A stretch of DNA of 58,028 bases from a bacterium (GCA_046485285.1 JAWOHE010000061.1:1-58028), one strand, 5' to 3'; shown: positions 47,218 through 55,963, counted from the first letter of the stretch. A program made the numbers and translations. Notes: generated from the letters alone by a model not told the origin.

Positions 47218-47252
47218 AGCTTCTTTCAGCCAGCTCTCCGGGCTGAGCGTTC

Positions 47253-49397
47253 TCAGCGCTCGATGACCAGCTTGCGGGAAAACCCGCCGCCCGGCAGACC
47301 GTCGAGTTCGGCAAGCACCAAGTAGACACCCTGTGGCACATTGCCAACTTCGATCGTCACGCGACTGCGGCCCGGCCCGAGCATCAGCCCGTCCTGGCGC
47401 ATGACTACCCGGCCCACGACGTTGATGACCCTGAGGCTGGCCCGGGCCGCAGCGGGCAACTCGAAGACGACCGTCGCGGTCGGGCCGGTTACCACGCTCG
47501 GCGCCAGCCGGACGGCAGGTCGGTTGGCCGCGGGTTCCGAGGCGACGCCGGACCGGGGCAACCGTGCATCGACGTCGAGACGGAACAGCGGTGGGATGAA
47601 GTACCACACTTCCCAAGTTCGGCTGCCCTTGAGCGCGTAGGCCCGGTGCTGGGTCGGACACCAAGTCAGTGCACCGCCCCGCTTCACGCGCCTGAGCGAC
47701 GGGCCGAGCCCGATCGGGATTTCCTCATGCCAACTGTCCCGGGATATGTCGTAACGGTAGAACTCCCAAGTGTTACCGCCCTTTAAGGCATAGATGGTGT
47801 CACCGCCGGCGAAGGTCAGGGCCGCGCCATCCCTGACTTTCCGCTTGTAGCTGCCCTGGTACAGCGGCATTGGCGCCAGCGTCCGCCAGCTGTCGCGGTT
47901 GACGTCATAGCGGTAGAACTCGTTAAGCTCGGCCTTGAGAACGTAGACCCCTCCGTTGCCGTCCGCAACAAGGCAACTGCCGGCACGGTAGCGTTTGCGG
48001 CGTGGTCCGGCCGGGGCGTCAGTGTGGAAGATCCATGTGTCGCCTTCGACCCAGTACCCGATGAAGTCGAGCGTGTTGCTGCCCTTGAGCAGCCAGACGA
48101 AGTTCGAGTCACCCTTGGGATGCCATGCCAAGCCGGATCCGTAGCGGATGCGCCTCGCGCGAGGTCCGCGAGGAACCGTGTCGAGTCCAACCCAGGTGTC
48201 GCCGCTCACGCTGTAGCGGTAGAAGTCAACAGTATTGTTGCCCTTGACGGCATAGACCCGGTCGGCCCCGTCGGAGCAGAGGGCGCCGCCCCGCTTGACA
48301 GGGCGGCTGCTGTACTGCCAGAGTGGTCGCGGGATCGACTCCCGTGCCTGCCAGCTTTGCGTCGCAACATCAAAGCGCCAGAATTCGGTCGAACGGTTGC
48401 CCTTGAGGGCGTAGAGCCAGCCGGGCGGGACCCAGGTGAGACTGCCGCCGTCGTTGACCGGCCTGTTGTTGAGTCCAGCCGGGATGTCGCTGGTCAGGAA
48501 CCAGCCGAAGACGCCGACCACGAAGCGGAGGTCGCAGGCATCGTTTCCCGAGTTCAGGTCGACGTCCAGCGCCGTCGAACAGCGGGCGTCGAACCAGCCG
48601 TCCGTAAGCGCTACGGCGTTGAACACGCAGGCGTGGCTGGCGCCCGGGGTCAGGCTGACGACCGCGATCGAGTCGTGGTAGAGCTCGACGCCCAGCGAGT
48701 CCCGTATCCAGAAATGCGTCCAGAAACTCTCGGTATTGACGCCGTAGTTATGGACGTAGGCCTGGGGCAGTATGTCATACTGCTGGACCAGCCGTTGTGG
48801 TGAGTGGATGACCACGACTCCGACGTCGTGAGGCAGGACGCTGACGATCGAGGTGTCGATGACGCGGTCATTGAGCGTGTTCTCATCGTTCGCGAGCCAG
48901 GTCCAGGCAATGACCTCGTAGGTGCCGGTGTCGAGCGAGGTCGGGTCAAAGCTGACCGCCATCGAGTCGCCGGGCGCGAGGTGAAGACCGGTTCGGCGGT
49001 CACCGTACAGCGTATCTGACCGGCCGACCCTGCGGATGCGGACGTAGACGTCGAAGATCTCGTCCGACCGGCCGAAGTTGCCTGCCATCACCGCCGGCGT
49101 GACCGTGTCGGGCATCATGCTGTACGGTGGCCGTATGACGCGGGTCATGCCGACATCGTGGTTGGCTGTGAAGTCGCGCGGATGCCAGTAGCCGATCCAA
49201 GCGGTCAGGTCAGCGCCCGGCGCGGTGGCGAGCCCGATCGCCGTCTGGTGGAGACTGCCCCGGCCGACGAAGTCGCCGCCCGTTGTGCAGACGGCTTCGA
49301 CGCCGCCCTCATCGACTACCCACTCGGCGAGACGATACGAAGACTGGGCAGCGCCCAGCGCGGCCGACACCAGCAACAGGCAGAGTGCGCGTCTCAT
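47253..49397 (-). CDS. Secreted CARDB-like + six-bladed Kelch-like repeat protein with T9SS sorting domain
   Basis: Signal peptide MRRALCLLLVSAALGAAQS, with GGAGG RBS. Two HDVG...-type CARDB-like modules. Six repeats of ...YALKGxxTxEF(Y/W)RYDxxxDxW. CTD ...LRVINVVGRVV...VPQGVYLVLAEL...KLVIER. Confidence 0.75.
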   Translation of the reverse strand: MRRALCLLLVSAALGAAQSSYRLAEWVVDEGGVEAVCTTGGDFVGRGSLHQTAIGLATAPGADLTAWIGYWHPRDFTANHDVGMTRVIRPPYSMMPDTVTPAVMAGNFGRSDEIFDVYVRIRRVGRSDTLYGDRRTGLHLAPGDSMAVSFDPTSLDTGTYEVIAWTWLANDENTLNDRVIDTSIVSVLPHDVGVVVIHSPQRLVQQYDILPQAYVHNYGVNTESFWTHFWIRDSLGVELYHDSIAVVSLTPGASHACVFNAVALTDGWFDARCSTALDVDLNSGNDACDLRFVVGVFGWFLTSDIPAGLNNRPVNDGGSLTWVPPGWLYALKGNRSTEFWRFDVATQSWQARESIPRPLWQYSSRPVKRGGALCSDGADRVYAVKGNNTVDFYRYSVSGDTWVGLDTVPRGPRARRIRYGSGLAWHPKGDSNFVWLLKGSNTLDFIGYWVEGDTWIFHTDAPAGPRRKRYRAGSCLVADGNGGVYVLKAELNEFYRYDVNRDSWRTLAPMPLYQGSYKRKVRDGAALTFAGGDTIYALKGGNTWEFYRYDISRDSWHEEIPIGLGPSLRRVKRGGALTWCPTQHRAYALKGSRTWEVWYFIPPLFRLDVDARLPRSGVASEPAANRPAVRLAPSVVTGPTATVVFELPAAARASLRVINVVGRVVMRQDGLMLGPGRSRVTIEVGNVPQGVYLVLAELDGLPGGGFSRKLVIER

Positions 49398-49421
49398 GCG
49401 ACCTCCGGGTGCCGAGACGCG

Positions 49422-50906
49422 TCAGCGGGCCGGCGCCGCCGGAGCCACCAGCCGGCCGACCGGGGTTTCAACGTCACGTGGAGTCTCGGGCGCGGCCGGG
49501 AGCCGCAGACCGGCACTGCCCTTCCGGCTGGCTACCGCCCGCCAGGTGAAGCGGGCATTCGACCGGCCACCGTGGAGTTCGCGAACATCGAAACCTGCCA
49601 CGTCGGGCTGGACGAAGACCCCGTTGCAGTCGTCGTTGAGGGTGACGAAGACCTTGAGCGGGTTCGCGTCGTCAACCTGGATGCAGTCGCGGAACGTCGG
49701 GTCGAGTTCGACCCGACAGTGGCCGCTCACGAGCCGGCCGAAGCCGAGGTCCTCAAAGAACGGCTCGGGTGACTCCGGGGCGAAGAGCACGCGTCGGCCC
49801 GAGCCGGTCGGCATGACGGATGAGACGACTCCATCTCCGATGATCTTGTAGACGGTGCTGGCATATCTAGCGGCGACCCAAGCCTGGGTCATCGCGTTGT
49901 CCGGCCAAGCCCGGAAATAGCCGCCGGCGATCATCGTGCCCGGCCCGGCCGTTGAGTCACGGGCGAGGCCGTGGACACCGATGAGCGCGCCGTTGAAGGA
50001 ACCGCCCGAGCCTTGGGGCAGGGTGTAGACGGCGCCGGAGATACGGTTGCCCAGCGCCGCGATTGCGGTGCCGCTCGTGTCGCGGGCATGGGCGAACAGG
50101 CCGATGCTACGGGCGGTGAATGCCCCGCCCGAGCCGCCCGGCGTGTAGAAGCCCGAATCAGCCGTGCCGGCGGCAATGATGCCGGTGCCGACAGGGCTGC
50201 TATTGAATCCCTGCAGGGCGAAGCCGCCGTCCCCGGCGCTCAGCCCGGCAACTCCGGTTCCTGACTCGCTCGTGCCGTAGACACCGACGTTGCCCGGGCT
50301 GTTGCCCAAGACGCCGACGTTGTTCGTTCCGGAGACTTGGCCCTCGACCGCAGCCGAGCCGGAGATACCGCCGCCCAGCGCGACGAGCCGGGTCTCGGCG
50401 ACCCCGGAGCCGCTGATGTGCCAGTTCGAGCCGCTCTGCAGCGCGGTTTGGTTCCAGATCAAGCCGGCAGCGTGCCTGCCGTCGAGCATGTCGGCGTTGT
50501 CGGCATGAAGGGCGTGAAGCCCGAAGGCCATCGTTGTGATTTCGGTCCGCGGGCTCAACTGGTGGCTGTTGACGGTCAACTCAAGCCAGCGGCGGTCGCC
50601 GCTGACGAAGTGAGTCGTGTCGCCGGCCGCGAGTGGCAGCTTAACGTTGAACACGCCGCGGGTGACGGTCACGAACTGGGAGTGGGAGTACATCGGCGTC
50701 CCGCCAAGGCTGTCGCCGAAGATGGCGAATACCATCGCCATGCTGCCGCTGAGCGGGCTGCCGAGCGTGTCGGTCAAGTAGCCCTGGTAGTTGAGGAAGA
50801 GCGGAACCCGGTCTTGCTCGACGAGCGTTGCCCGCGGCGCGGTGCTGACCTCGGCAATGCCGAAGGCGGTCAGCAGGACCAGCCAGAGAAAGACTGCAGT
50901 ACGCAT
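49422..50906 (-). CDS. Secreted Gly-rich hypothetical protein (tail-fibre-like N-terminal module)
   Basis: GGAGG RBS and signal peptide MRTAVFLWLVLLTAFG. LNYQGYLTD...G.PLSG...MVFAIF....GG module, a Gly/Ser/Thr-rich central region, and a conserved-looking C-terminal domain (FEDLGFGRLVSGHCRVELDPTF...NGVFVQP..AGFDVRELHGG). No family name recognised. Confidence 0.6.
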   Translation of the reverse strand: MRTAVFLWLVLLTAFGIAEVSTAPRATLVEQDRVPLFLNYQGYLTDTLGSPLSGSMAMVFAIFGDSLGGTPMYSHSQFVTVTRGVFNVKLPLAAGDTTHFVSGDRRWLELTVNSHQLSPRTEITTMAFGLHALHADNADMLDGRHAAGLIWNQTALQSGSNWHISGSGVAETRLVALGGGISGSAAVEGQVSGTNNVGVLGNSPGNVGVYGTSESGTGVAGLSAGDGGFALQGFNSSPVGTGIIAAGTADSGFYTPGGSGGAFTARSIGLFAHARDTSGTAIAALGNRISGAVYTLPQGSGGSFNGALIGVHGLARDSTAGPGTMIAGGYFRAWPDNAMTQAWVAARYASTVYKIIGDGVVSSVMPTGSGRRVLFAPESPEPFFEDLGFGRLVSGHCRVELDPTFRDCIQVDDANPLKVFVTLNDDCNGVFVQPDVAGFDVRELHGGRSNARFTWRAVASRKGSAGLRLPAAPETPRDVETPVGRLVAPAAPAR

Positions 50907-51043
50907 CACAGACCTCCTTCGTGTGCACTTCGTGATACGGGCCTATGCCAGCCCGGTGCGCAGTCACGCCCGGTCGCCAGACGCGGCCGGGCGAAGGCGT
51001 CGAACCTTCGGCAGACCGATCTCACACTCCGTGCTATTAGCTG

Positions 51044-51071
51044 AGTGTAGTCCGACGGAGCCAGCTGTCAA
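51044..51071 (-). promoter_or_regulatory. Sigma70-like promoter TTGACA-N16-TACACT (minus strand) for the 50906-47253 operon
   Basis: -35 at 51066-51071 and -10 at 51044-51049 on the minus strand. About 130-nt leader. Confidence 0.5.
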
Positions 51072-51090
51072 GCAACCGGGGCGCCCTGAC

Positions 51091-51118
51091 TTGACATCCG
51101 GTCCCGGCCGAATACCAT
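51091..51118 (+). promoter_or_regulatory. Sigma70-like promoter TTGACA-N16-TACCAT for tRNA-Glu
   Basis: -35 at 51091-51096 and -10 at 51113-51118; the tRNA 5' end lies 10 nt downstream. Confidence 0.55.
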
Positions 51119-51127
51119 TCCCGGTCG

Positions 51128-51202
51128 GGCCCCATCGTCTAGCCTGGCCCAGGACATCTGGTTCTCAGCCAGAAGACTGGGGTTCAAATCCCCATGGGGC
51201 TA
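51128..51202 (+). tRNA. tRNA-Glu (anticodon CTC)
   Basis: Manual cloverleaf: acceptor GGCCCCA/TGGGGCT, D arm GTCT-AGCCTGGCCC-AGGAC, anticodon stem TCTGG/CCAGA with loop TTCTCAG, T arm TGGGG-TTCAAAT-CCCCA. Closely parallels E. coli tRNA-Glu. No encoded CCA. Confidence 0.88.
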
Positions 51203-51203
51203 T

Positions 51204-51227
51204 CAGGCCGCCGCCGCAGGCGGCCTG
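51204..51227 (+). terminator. Hairpin CAGGCCGCC-N6-GGCGGCCTG immediately after the tRNA
   Basis: 9-bp perfect stem with no T tract, so its function as a terminator is uncertain. Confidence 0.35.
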
Positions 51228-51246
51228 TCGCTCTCCGGTCGGCCGG

Positions 51247-51275
51247 CTTGCGCTCCCCGGCTTGCGGGTGTATAG
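51247..51275 (+). promoter_or_regulatory. Promoter candidate TTGCGC-N17-TATAGT
   Basis: -35 at 51247-51252 and -10 at 51270-51275. It precedes the structured region 51282-51405. Confidence 0.4.
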
Positions 51276-51281
51276 TGATTG

Positions 51282-51405
51282 TCGAACCGAGATGAGGGAG
51301 AGGCTCCGGGCAGCTGATTGGATTGGTCCCCATCCGTTCATCATCGCTGGCCCCAATCAGAGTGCCGGTACGGGGCCTCTCCCTGTCTCGACCGCCGTCG
51401 GTGTT
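51282..51405 (+). ncRNA. Candidate structured small RNA (unclassified)
   Basis: Nested long-range helices: AGGGAGAGGCTCCG (51294-51307) pairs with CGGGGCCTCTCCCT (51370-51383), and CTGATTGG (51313-51320) pairs with CCAATCAG (51352-51359). Ends with small hairpin CGAC-CGCC-GTCG followed by GTGTTTG. Confidence 0.3.
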
Positions 51406-51432
51406 TGACAGCCCGGGCTGTCCTCCTATAAT
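51405..51432 (+). promoter_or_regulatory. Sigma70 consensus promoter TTGACA-N16-TATAAT
   Basis: Perfect hexamers; GTG 51438 lies 5 nt after the -10, a leaderless geometry. Confidence 0.6.
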
Positions 51433-51437
51433 CCCGC

Positions 51438-52679
51438 GTGACCGCCCGCGCCCGCATCCCGCATCTCCTGCCGTTCGTCGTCGCGTTGCTGGCGACGGGC
51501 TGCCACCACGCCGCCCGCCGGGCCGAGGCGCCAATCACCATTCTCGTTAGCGGACCGGTCGAACTCGACCTTGTGCCGCGCGCGGCGGCGCTGGTCGGCG
51601 CGCGCCGGGAGCAGGGGGCGACGTTCTGGCTCGCGGCCGGGCCGCTGGCGGCCGACACCGGCGCGGGGCTGGTGACTGAGGGACGGGTCCTGCTGCGGGC
51701 GCTCGAGGCCGCAGGCGCGGACGCGGTCGTGCTCCGGCCCGAGCTGCTCGACCCGGGCGTCGGCGTGGCCCGACGCACCGTCAGCGGCTCGGGGCTGCAC
51801 TTCCTGTCCGGCAATCTCGTCGACTCGCTGGGCGAGCCGCTCGGCCACCCGACGCTGGTCCGGCGGCTCGGCGGCGCGCGGGTCGGCATCACCTCGGTCT
51901 GGTCGGACTCGACCGACCGGCGATTCCGCCAGCACGGGGTCGAGTTCCTGCCCGCCGACCGTGCCGCGGGGCGGACGCTGGGCCTGATGAGGATGCAGAG
52001 CGACGTCGCGGGCATCATACTGCCGGCGGCCGGCGAGTCGGTCGAAGGCTTCGATTTCGTCATCGGGCCGGCCGGCTCGTCGACGATACCAGCCGACCCG
52101 GGCCGGCTCGCGCGGCTCGACCTCTACCTGCGCGACGGCCGGCTCGAGTCACACCGGGCCGGCGAGGAGCTGCTGTCGGACTGGCCGGATGAGCCGGCGG
52201 TGCGCCGCCTCGTTGACTCGCTCCGGGCCGGGGCGGAATCGGCGCTGGCCGCGTCGGTCGTCGGCTCGACGATCGAGGCCCGGCCCGAGGCGCTGACCCG
52301 GATGTTCATCGCCGGCCGGCTCGGCGGCCGCGACCTCGACGGCTTCCTGACCGACCGCCCGCTGTTCCGCGCCGCGCTCGGCCCTGGCGACATCGACATC
52401 CGGGCAGTTACCGCGGCGCTGGAGGAGCCCGGCCGACTCTGCGTCTTCGAGCTGACCGGCTGGCAGATAAGGGAGCTGACCGAGGACCGGGGCGTCAAGC
52501 TGGAGTGGCGTGTCCAGCTCAGGCAGATGCGGATGGCGATGACCCGCCGCTACCGGCTCGCGGCGACCGCGGGCTTCCTCGACCGCCACCCGCTCGCGCT
52601 GACCAACGGCTACGAGGTCGACGACGAGCCGGCGTGGCGCATCGCGGCCCGGCTACTGGCCGAGTCCGGGAGGCAGTGA
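51438..52679 (+). CDS. Putative lipoprotein, degenerate 5'-nucleotidase/metallophosphatase-like
   Basis: Signal plus Cys (LLPFVVALLATGC). The block order resembles UshA-family N-domains (ITILVSGP.., FWLAAGP.., ADAVVLRPELLD, FLSGNLVD, ARVGITSV), but the metal-ligand positions DxH, GD and GNHE are replaced. Confidence 0.4.
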   Translation: MTARARIPHLLPFVVALLATGCHHAARRAEAPITILVSGPVELDLVPRAAALVGARREQGATFWLAAGPLAADTGAGLVTEGRVLLRALEAAGADAVVLRPELLDPGVGVARRTVSGSGLHFLSGNLVDSLGEPLGHPTLVRRLGGARVGITSVWSDSTDRRFRQHGVEFLPADRAAGRTLGLMRMQSDVAGIILPAAGESVEGFDFVIGPAGSSTIPADPGRLARLDLYLRDGRLESHRAGEELLSDWPDEPAVRRLVDSLRAGAESALAASVVGSTIEARPEALTRMFIAGRLGGRDLDGFLTDRPLFRAALGPGDIDIRAVTAALEEPGRLCVFELTGWQIRELTEDRGVKLEWRVQLRQMRMAMTRRYRLAATAGFLDRHPLALTNGYEVDDEPAWRIAARLLAESGRQ

Positions 52680-53368
52680 TGGGCGTCGTCCTACCCAGGG
52701 TCAGGTTCGGACGGCTGCTCTGGACGGTGCTGGTGATGGCCTACTTCCTGGTCTTCTTCCGCAACTTCTTCACCGACGCGCTGCCCCGGGCGCCGCTGCC
52801 GTCAGCGATTTTCGCATGGGCGGTGGTCATCTGGCTGTCGTTCGAGTACTGCTTCGGCTCGCCGTTCTTCCAGTCCGGGGTCGTCGAGCCGTCCGGGCTC
52901 TGGCGCGGTGTCTTCGCGTGCTTCGCGTACCCGTTCTTCGGCTACGTCGTCGCCGACCACGCCTGGTGGCACCACACCCAACTGCCGGTGTACCCGGTCG
53001 CGAGCTGGATTCCCGGGATGGTCCTGTTCCTGGCCGGCACCGCGCTGCGGTTCGCGACGCTCGCCGAGCTGGTTCGGGCCGCGGGCCGTCCGGCCCGGGC
53101 GCGCGCGCGCGGCCTGTTCGAGTCGCGGCCGTTCCGGGTCAACCGCCACCCGCGCTACCTCGGCACCCTGCTCCAGTTCCTCGGCGCGGCGCTGGTCTTC
53201 AACTCGTGGGGCGGGCTCGTGCTCGCGGCGACGGTCGGGCTCGGGCTCGTACTCATCCAGGTCCGGGTCGAGGACGCCGAAATGGCTCACCAGTTCGGGG
53301 GCGAGTTCAAGGGCTACGCGGACCGGGTCCCGATGTTCTGGCCGCGACTGCGGCGGTCCGCCCGCTAG
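52679..53368 (+). CDS. Isoprenylcysteine carboxyl methyltransferase (ICMT)/phospholipid methyltransferase-family membrane protein
   Basis: Multi-TM protein with C-terminal FRVNRHPRYLG...VEDAEMAHQFGGEFKGYADRVPMFWP signature. Its ATG overlaps the upstream TGA by 1 nt. Confidence 0.7.
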   Translation: MGVVLPRVRFGRLLWTVLVMAYFLVFFRNFFTDALPRAPLPSAIFAWAVVIWLSFEYCFGSPFFQSGVVEPSGLWRGVFACFAYPFFGYVVADHAWWHHTQLPVYPVASWIPGMVLFLAGTALRFATLAELVRAAGRPARARARGLFESRPFRVNRHPRYLGTLLQFLGAALVFNSWGGLVLAATVGLGLVLIQVRVEDAEMAHQFGGEFKGYADRVPMFWPRLRRSAR

Positions 53369-55956
53369 CGACCGGGTTCCTCGACCGTCACGAGCCGGTT
53401 CACGCCGACGTCCCTGATCACTGTCTCCCGGCCGGGCCGGAAGCGGACCCGGAGCGTCACTGGTCGCGGGTCGGCGCCGAGGCCGAAGTGCTGGACGGGC
53501 GAGCCCTGGCTGGTCGTGCCGCTGCCGGCCGCGACCTCGCGGACCTGTCGATTCCCGCCGCGCTCGACGGTCACCCGGCAGCCGACGCCGGCGCGGTTGG
53601 CCTCGCGCCCGACAACCCGGACCTTGAGCCAGTTGCCGGTCCCGGGCGCGTCGTTGCGGAAGAGCCTGAGCCCGCTCCCGGAGCCGACGACTAGGTCGAG
53701 GTCGCCGTCGTTGTCGAAGTCCGCGAAGGCACAGCCCCAGCCGTTGAACGCCCGCGTCCCGCTCAGCCAGGCGACGTCCCGGAAGACCGGCCTGCCGTCC
53801 GGCCCGGGGCCGAGGTTCTCGTAGAGGAACGACCGGCGGCCCTCGTAGACGCTGGTGACGTAGAGGTCGAGGTCGCCGTCACTGTCGACGTCGGCCCAGG
53901 CCGGGTTCGAGTGGGTTTCCTCGTAGCGGATGCCGGCCGCGGCCCGGCGGTCGACGAAGCGCGGCTGCGCGCCGGCGCCGGCGTTTTCGTACAGCCGCGA
54001 GCGGTTCGAGAACTCGATGTAGCGCGGGTGGGCGAGGTCGGCGGTGAAGAGGTCGAGGTCGCCGTCGTTGTCGTAGTCGGCCCAGGCCGCGCCGATGGTG
54101 TGGCCGAACCAGCCGTCAACCTCGTCGCCGGCGACGCCGAGCTCCGCGGCCCGGTTCTCGAAGCCGCCGTCGCCGCGGTTCCACCAGAGGAAGTTCTCCT
54201 GGAGCCGGTAGTTGGCGACGAAGCAGTCCGGCCGGCCGTCGTCGTCGAAGTCGGCCCAGGCGACACCGCGGCCGGCGCGGTCCTCGTTCCAGGGCGGGAC
54301 GATACCGGCCGAGTCGGTCCAGTCGAGTAGCGCGCCGCCGACGTTCCGGTAGAGCCGGTCCGGGAAGTAGCTGTGCGCGGCCCAGTCCTCATAGTTGGCG
54401 ACGTAGAGGTCGAGCCGGCCGTCGCCGTCGAAGTCGGCCGCGGCACAGCCCTCGCCCGGGGCGGGCCTGCCGGTCTCGACCGCCACCGGCCGGAACCGGC
54501 CGCCCTCGTTGAGCCAGAGCCGGTCGGCCGAGTCGGAGCCGGACGAGAAGAAGTCGAGCCGGCCGTCGTTGTCGAAATCGCCCCAGATGCCGCCCCGGCC
54601 GCGCGCGCCTTCGAGGCCGGCCGCCGCGGTGACGTCGGTGAAGCCTACGCCCGAGTCGTTGCGGTAGAGCCGGGAGCCGCTGACGAGCAGGTCCTCGAAC
54701 CCGTCGCCGTCATAGTCGCCCCAGGCTACCCGGGAGCCGCGTTCGGCGCCGAGGCCGTACGCGTCGGTAACGTCGGTGAAGACCGGCCCGGCGTAGCCGA
54801 GCTCGGTCCGGGATGCGGTGAGGGTCGGGCCGGGTCGGAGCCGGGCCAGCGCGGAGTCGGCGCGCGGGGCCCACTGGTTTCGGGAGTCGCCGGCCGCGAG
54901 GGCGCGGGCGCAGGCGAGCGCGGCGGCGGTGGTGTCGCCCCGGCGCTCCTCGACCAGCCCGAGGATGGCCCAGGCCGGTCCCGGGGTAGCCTCGAGGTCG
55001 GCGTGATACACCGAACGCTCGACCGCGGCCAGTGCCTGCTCCCGGGCCGCGTCAAGGCTGTCGAGGGCGAGCAGCGCCTCGGCCAGCGCGATCCGGGCCG
55101 AGGCGGCGAGGACCGGCTGTTCGAGCTCCCACTGGGGGAGGGGCTTGTTGGGCGGTTTCGGGTAGCCGGGTTCGAGCGCGACGGCCCGGCGCGCCCAGGC
55201 CGCGGCCGATTCCGGCCGGACCGCGAGCCGGTTGAGGACCGCCGCGGCGTAGCGGGCGCGGAACGGGTCGAGCGGGTCGTCGGCCAGCATCTCGGCTGCG
55301 GCGGCCAGCACGCCGGCGGTGTCGCCGAGCGCGTAGTGCGAGCCGAGCAGGAAGGAGTACGCCGTCGCCCGCCACTCGGTGACCGGTAAGCGGGCGAGGA
55401 AGCGGCGGAGGACCGGGACCTTGAGGGTGTCGTCGGTCCAGACCGGGTAGAGCGAGTCGTAGAACATCACGCCGATGAGTTCGTTGCCGCGCGGCGAGCC
55501 CGGGAAGCGGCCGGCGAGCAGGGCGGCGACCGCGGGCGCCCGGGCGGTGTCCGCGAGCGCGAAGCCGGCCCAGGCGAGGCTGAGCGAGGCCGCGGTCGTC
55601 TCGGCGAGCAGCGCGGCCGCCTCGGCGGCGACCGCCGCCCGCGCGCCGGCCAGCACGACGCTGTCATCGCCGGCGGCGCGGACGAGCGCCTGCCAGCGGC
55701 CCTCGGTCGCGGAATCGCAGGACGGGTCGAGGGCGAGGGACCGGTTCCACCAGGCGAGGCTCGAGTCCGGCCGGCGCCAGGCGGCGAAGAGCCGGGCGAG
55801 GTCGCGGGCGAGGGCGGCGTCGGTCGGGTCGGCGCGGAACCGGGCGCGGAACGCCTCGGCGCCCTCCGCGAAGTCGCGCCGGGCGACGTAGTCGGCGGGC
55901 GGCCGGGCCGGCGCGGCCGGTACGAGCAGGGCAAGCAGGAAGAGAAAGGCTTTCAT
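53365..55956 (-). CDS. Secreted TPR-like + FG-GAP/VCBS repeat protein with ASPIC/UnbV C-terminal domain (CRTAC1-like)
   Basis: Signal peptide MKAFLFLLALLVPAAPA. Repeated WGDYDGDGFEDL, WGDFDNDGRLDF, AADFDGDGRLDL, WADFDDDGRPD, WADYDNDGDLDL, WADVDSDGDLDL, FADFDNDGDLDL. C-terminus NRAGVGCRVTVERGG..QVREV.AGSG..SQGS.VQHFGLG. Start 55956 preferred over 55992. Confidence 0.85.
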   Translation of the reverse strand: MKAFLFLLALLVPAAPARPPADYVARRDFAEGAEAFRARFRADPTDAALARDLARLFAAWRRPDSSLAWWNRSLALDPSCDSATEGRWQALVRAAGDDSVVLAGARAAVAAEAAALLAETTAASLSLAWAGFALADTARAPAVAALLAGRFPGSPRGNELIGVMFYDSLYPVWTDDTLKVPVLRRFLARLPVTEWRATAYSFLLGSHYALGDTAGVLAAAAEMLADDPLDPFRARYAAAVLNRLAVRPESAAAWARRAVALEPGYPKPPNKPLPQWELEQPVLAASARIALAEALLALDSLDAAREQALAAVERSVYHADLEATPGPAWAILGLVEERRGDTTAAALACARALAAGDSRNQWAPRADSALARLRPGPTLTASRTELGYAGPVFTDVTDAYGLGAERGSRVAWGDYDGDGFEDLLVSGSRLYRNDSGVGFTDVTAAAGLEGARGRGGIWGDFDNDGRLDFFSSGSDSADRLWLNEGGRFRPVAVETGRPAPGEGCAAADFDGDGRLDLYVANYEDWAAHSYFPDRLYRNVGGALLDWTDSAGIVPPWNEDRAGRGVAWADFDDDGRPDCFVANYRLQENFLWWNRGDGGFENRAAELGVAGDEVDGWFGHTIGAAWADYDNDGDLDLFTADLAHPRYIEFSNRSRLYENAGAGAQPRFVDRRAAAGIRYEETHSNPAWADVDSDGDLDLYVTSVYEGRRSFLYENLGPGPDGRPVFRDVAWLSGTRAFNGWGCAFADFDNDGDLDLVVGSGSGLRLFRNDAPGTGNWLKVRVVGREANRAGVGCRVTVERGGNRQVREVAAGSGTTSQGSPVQHFGLGADPRPVTLRVRFRPGRETVIRDVGVNRLVTVEEPGR

Positions 55957-55963
55957 CGCCGAG

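Noticed and set aside
49398-49424. Possible read-through fusion of 49422-50906 and 47253-49397 (same frame, 8 codons apart)
   Set aside because: The stop is TGA. The gap contains a GGAGG RBS 5 nt before ATG 49397, and the downstream protein has its own signal peptide, so these are two ordinary genes in an operon.
51128-51437. tRNA-linked genomic island with integrase
   Set aside because: No integrase or recombinase ORF, and no duplicated tRNA 3' end, was seen on either side within the window.
53365-53368. Convergent genes overlapping by the palindrome CTAG (both stop at TAG)
   Set aside because: Real but trivial. A 4-nt stop-stop overlap needs no special explanation.
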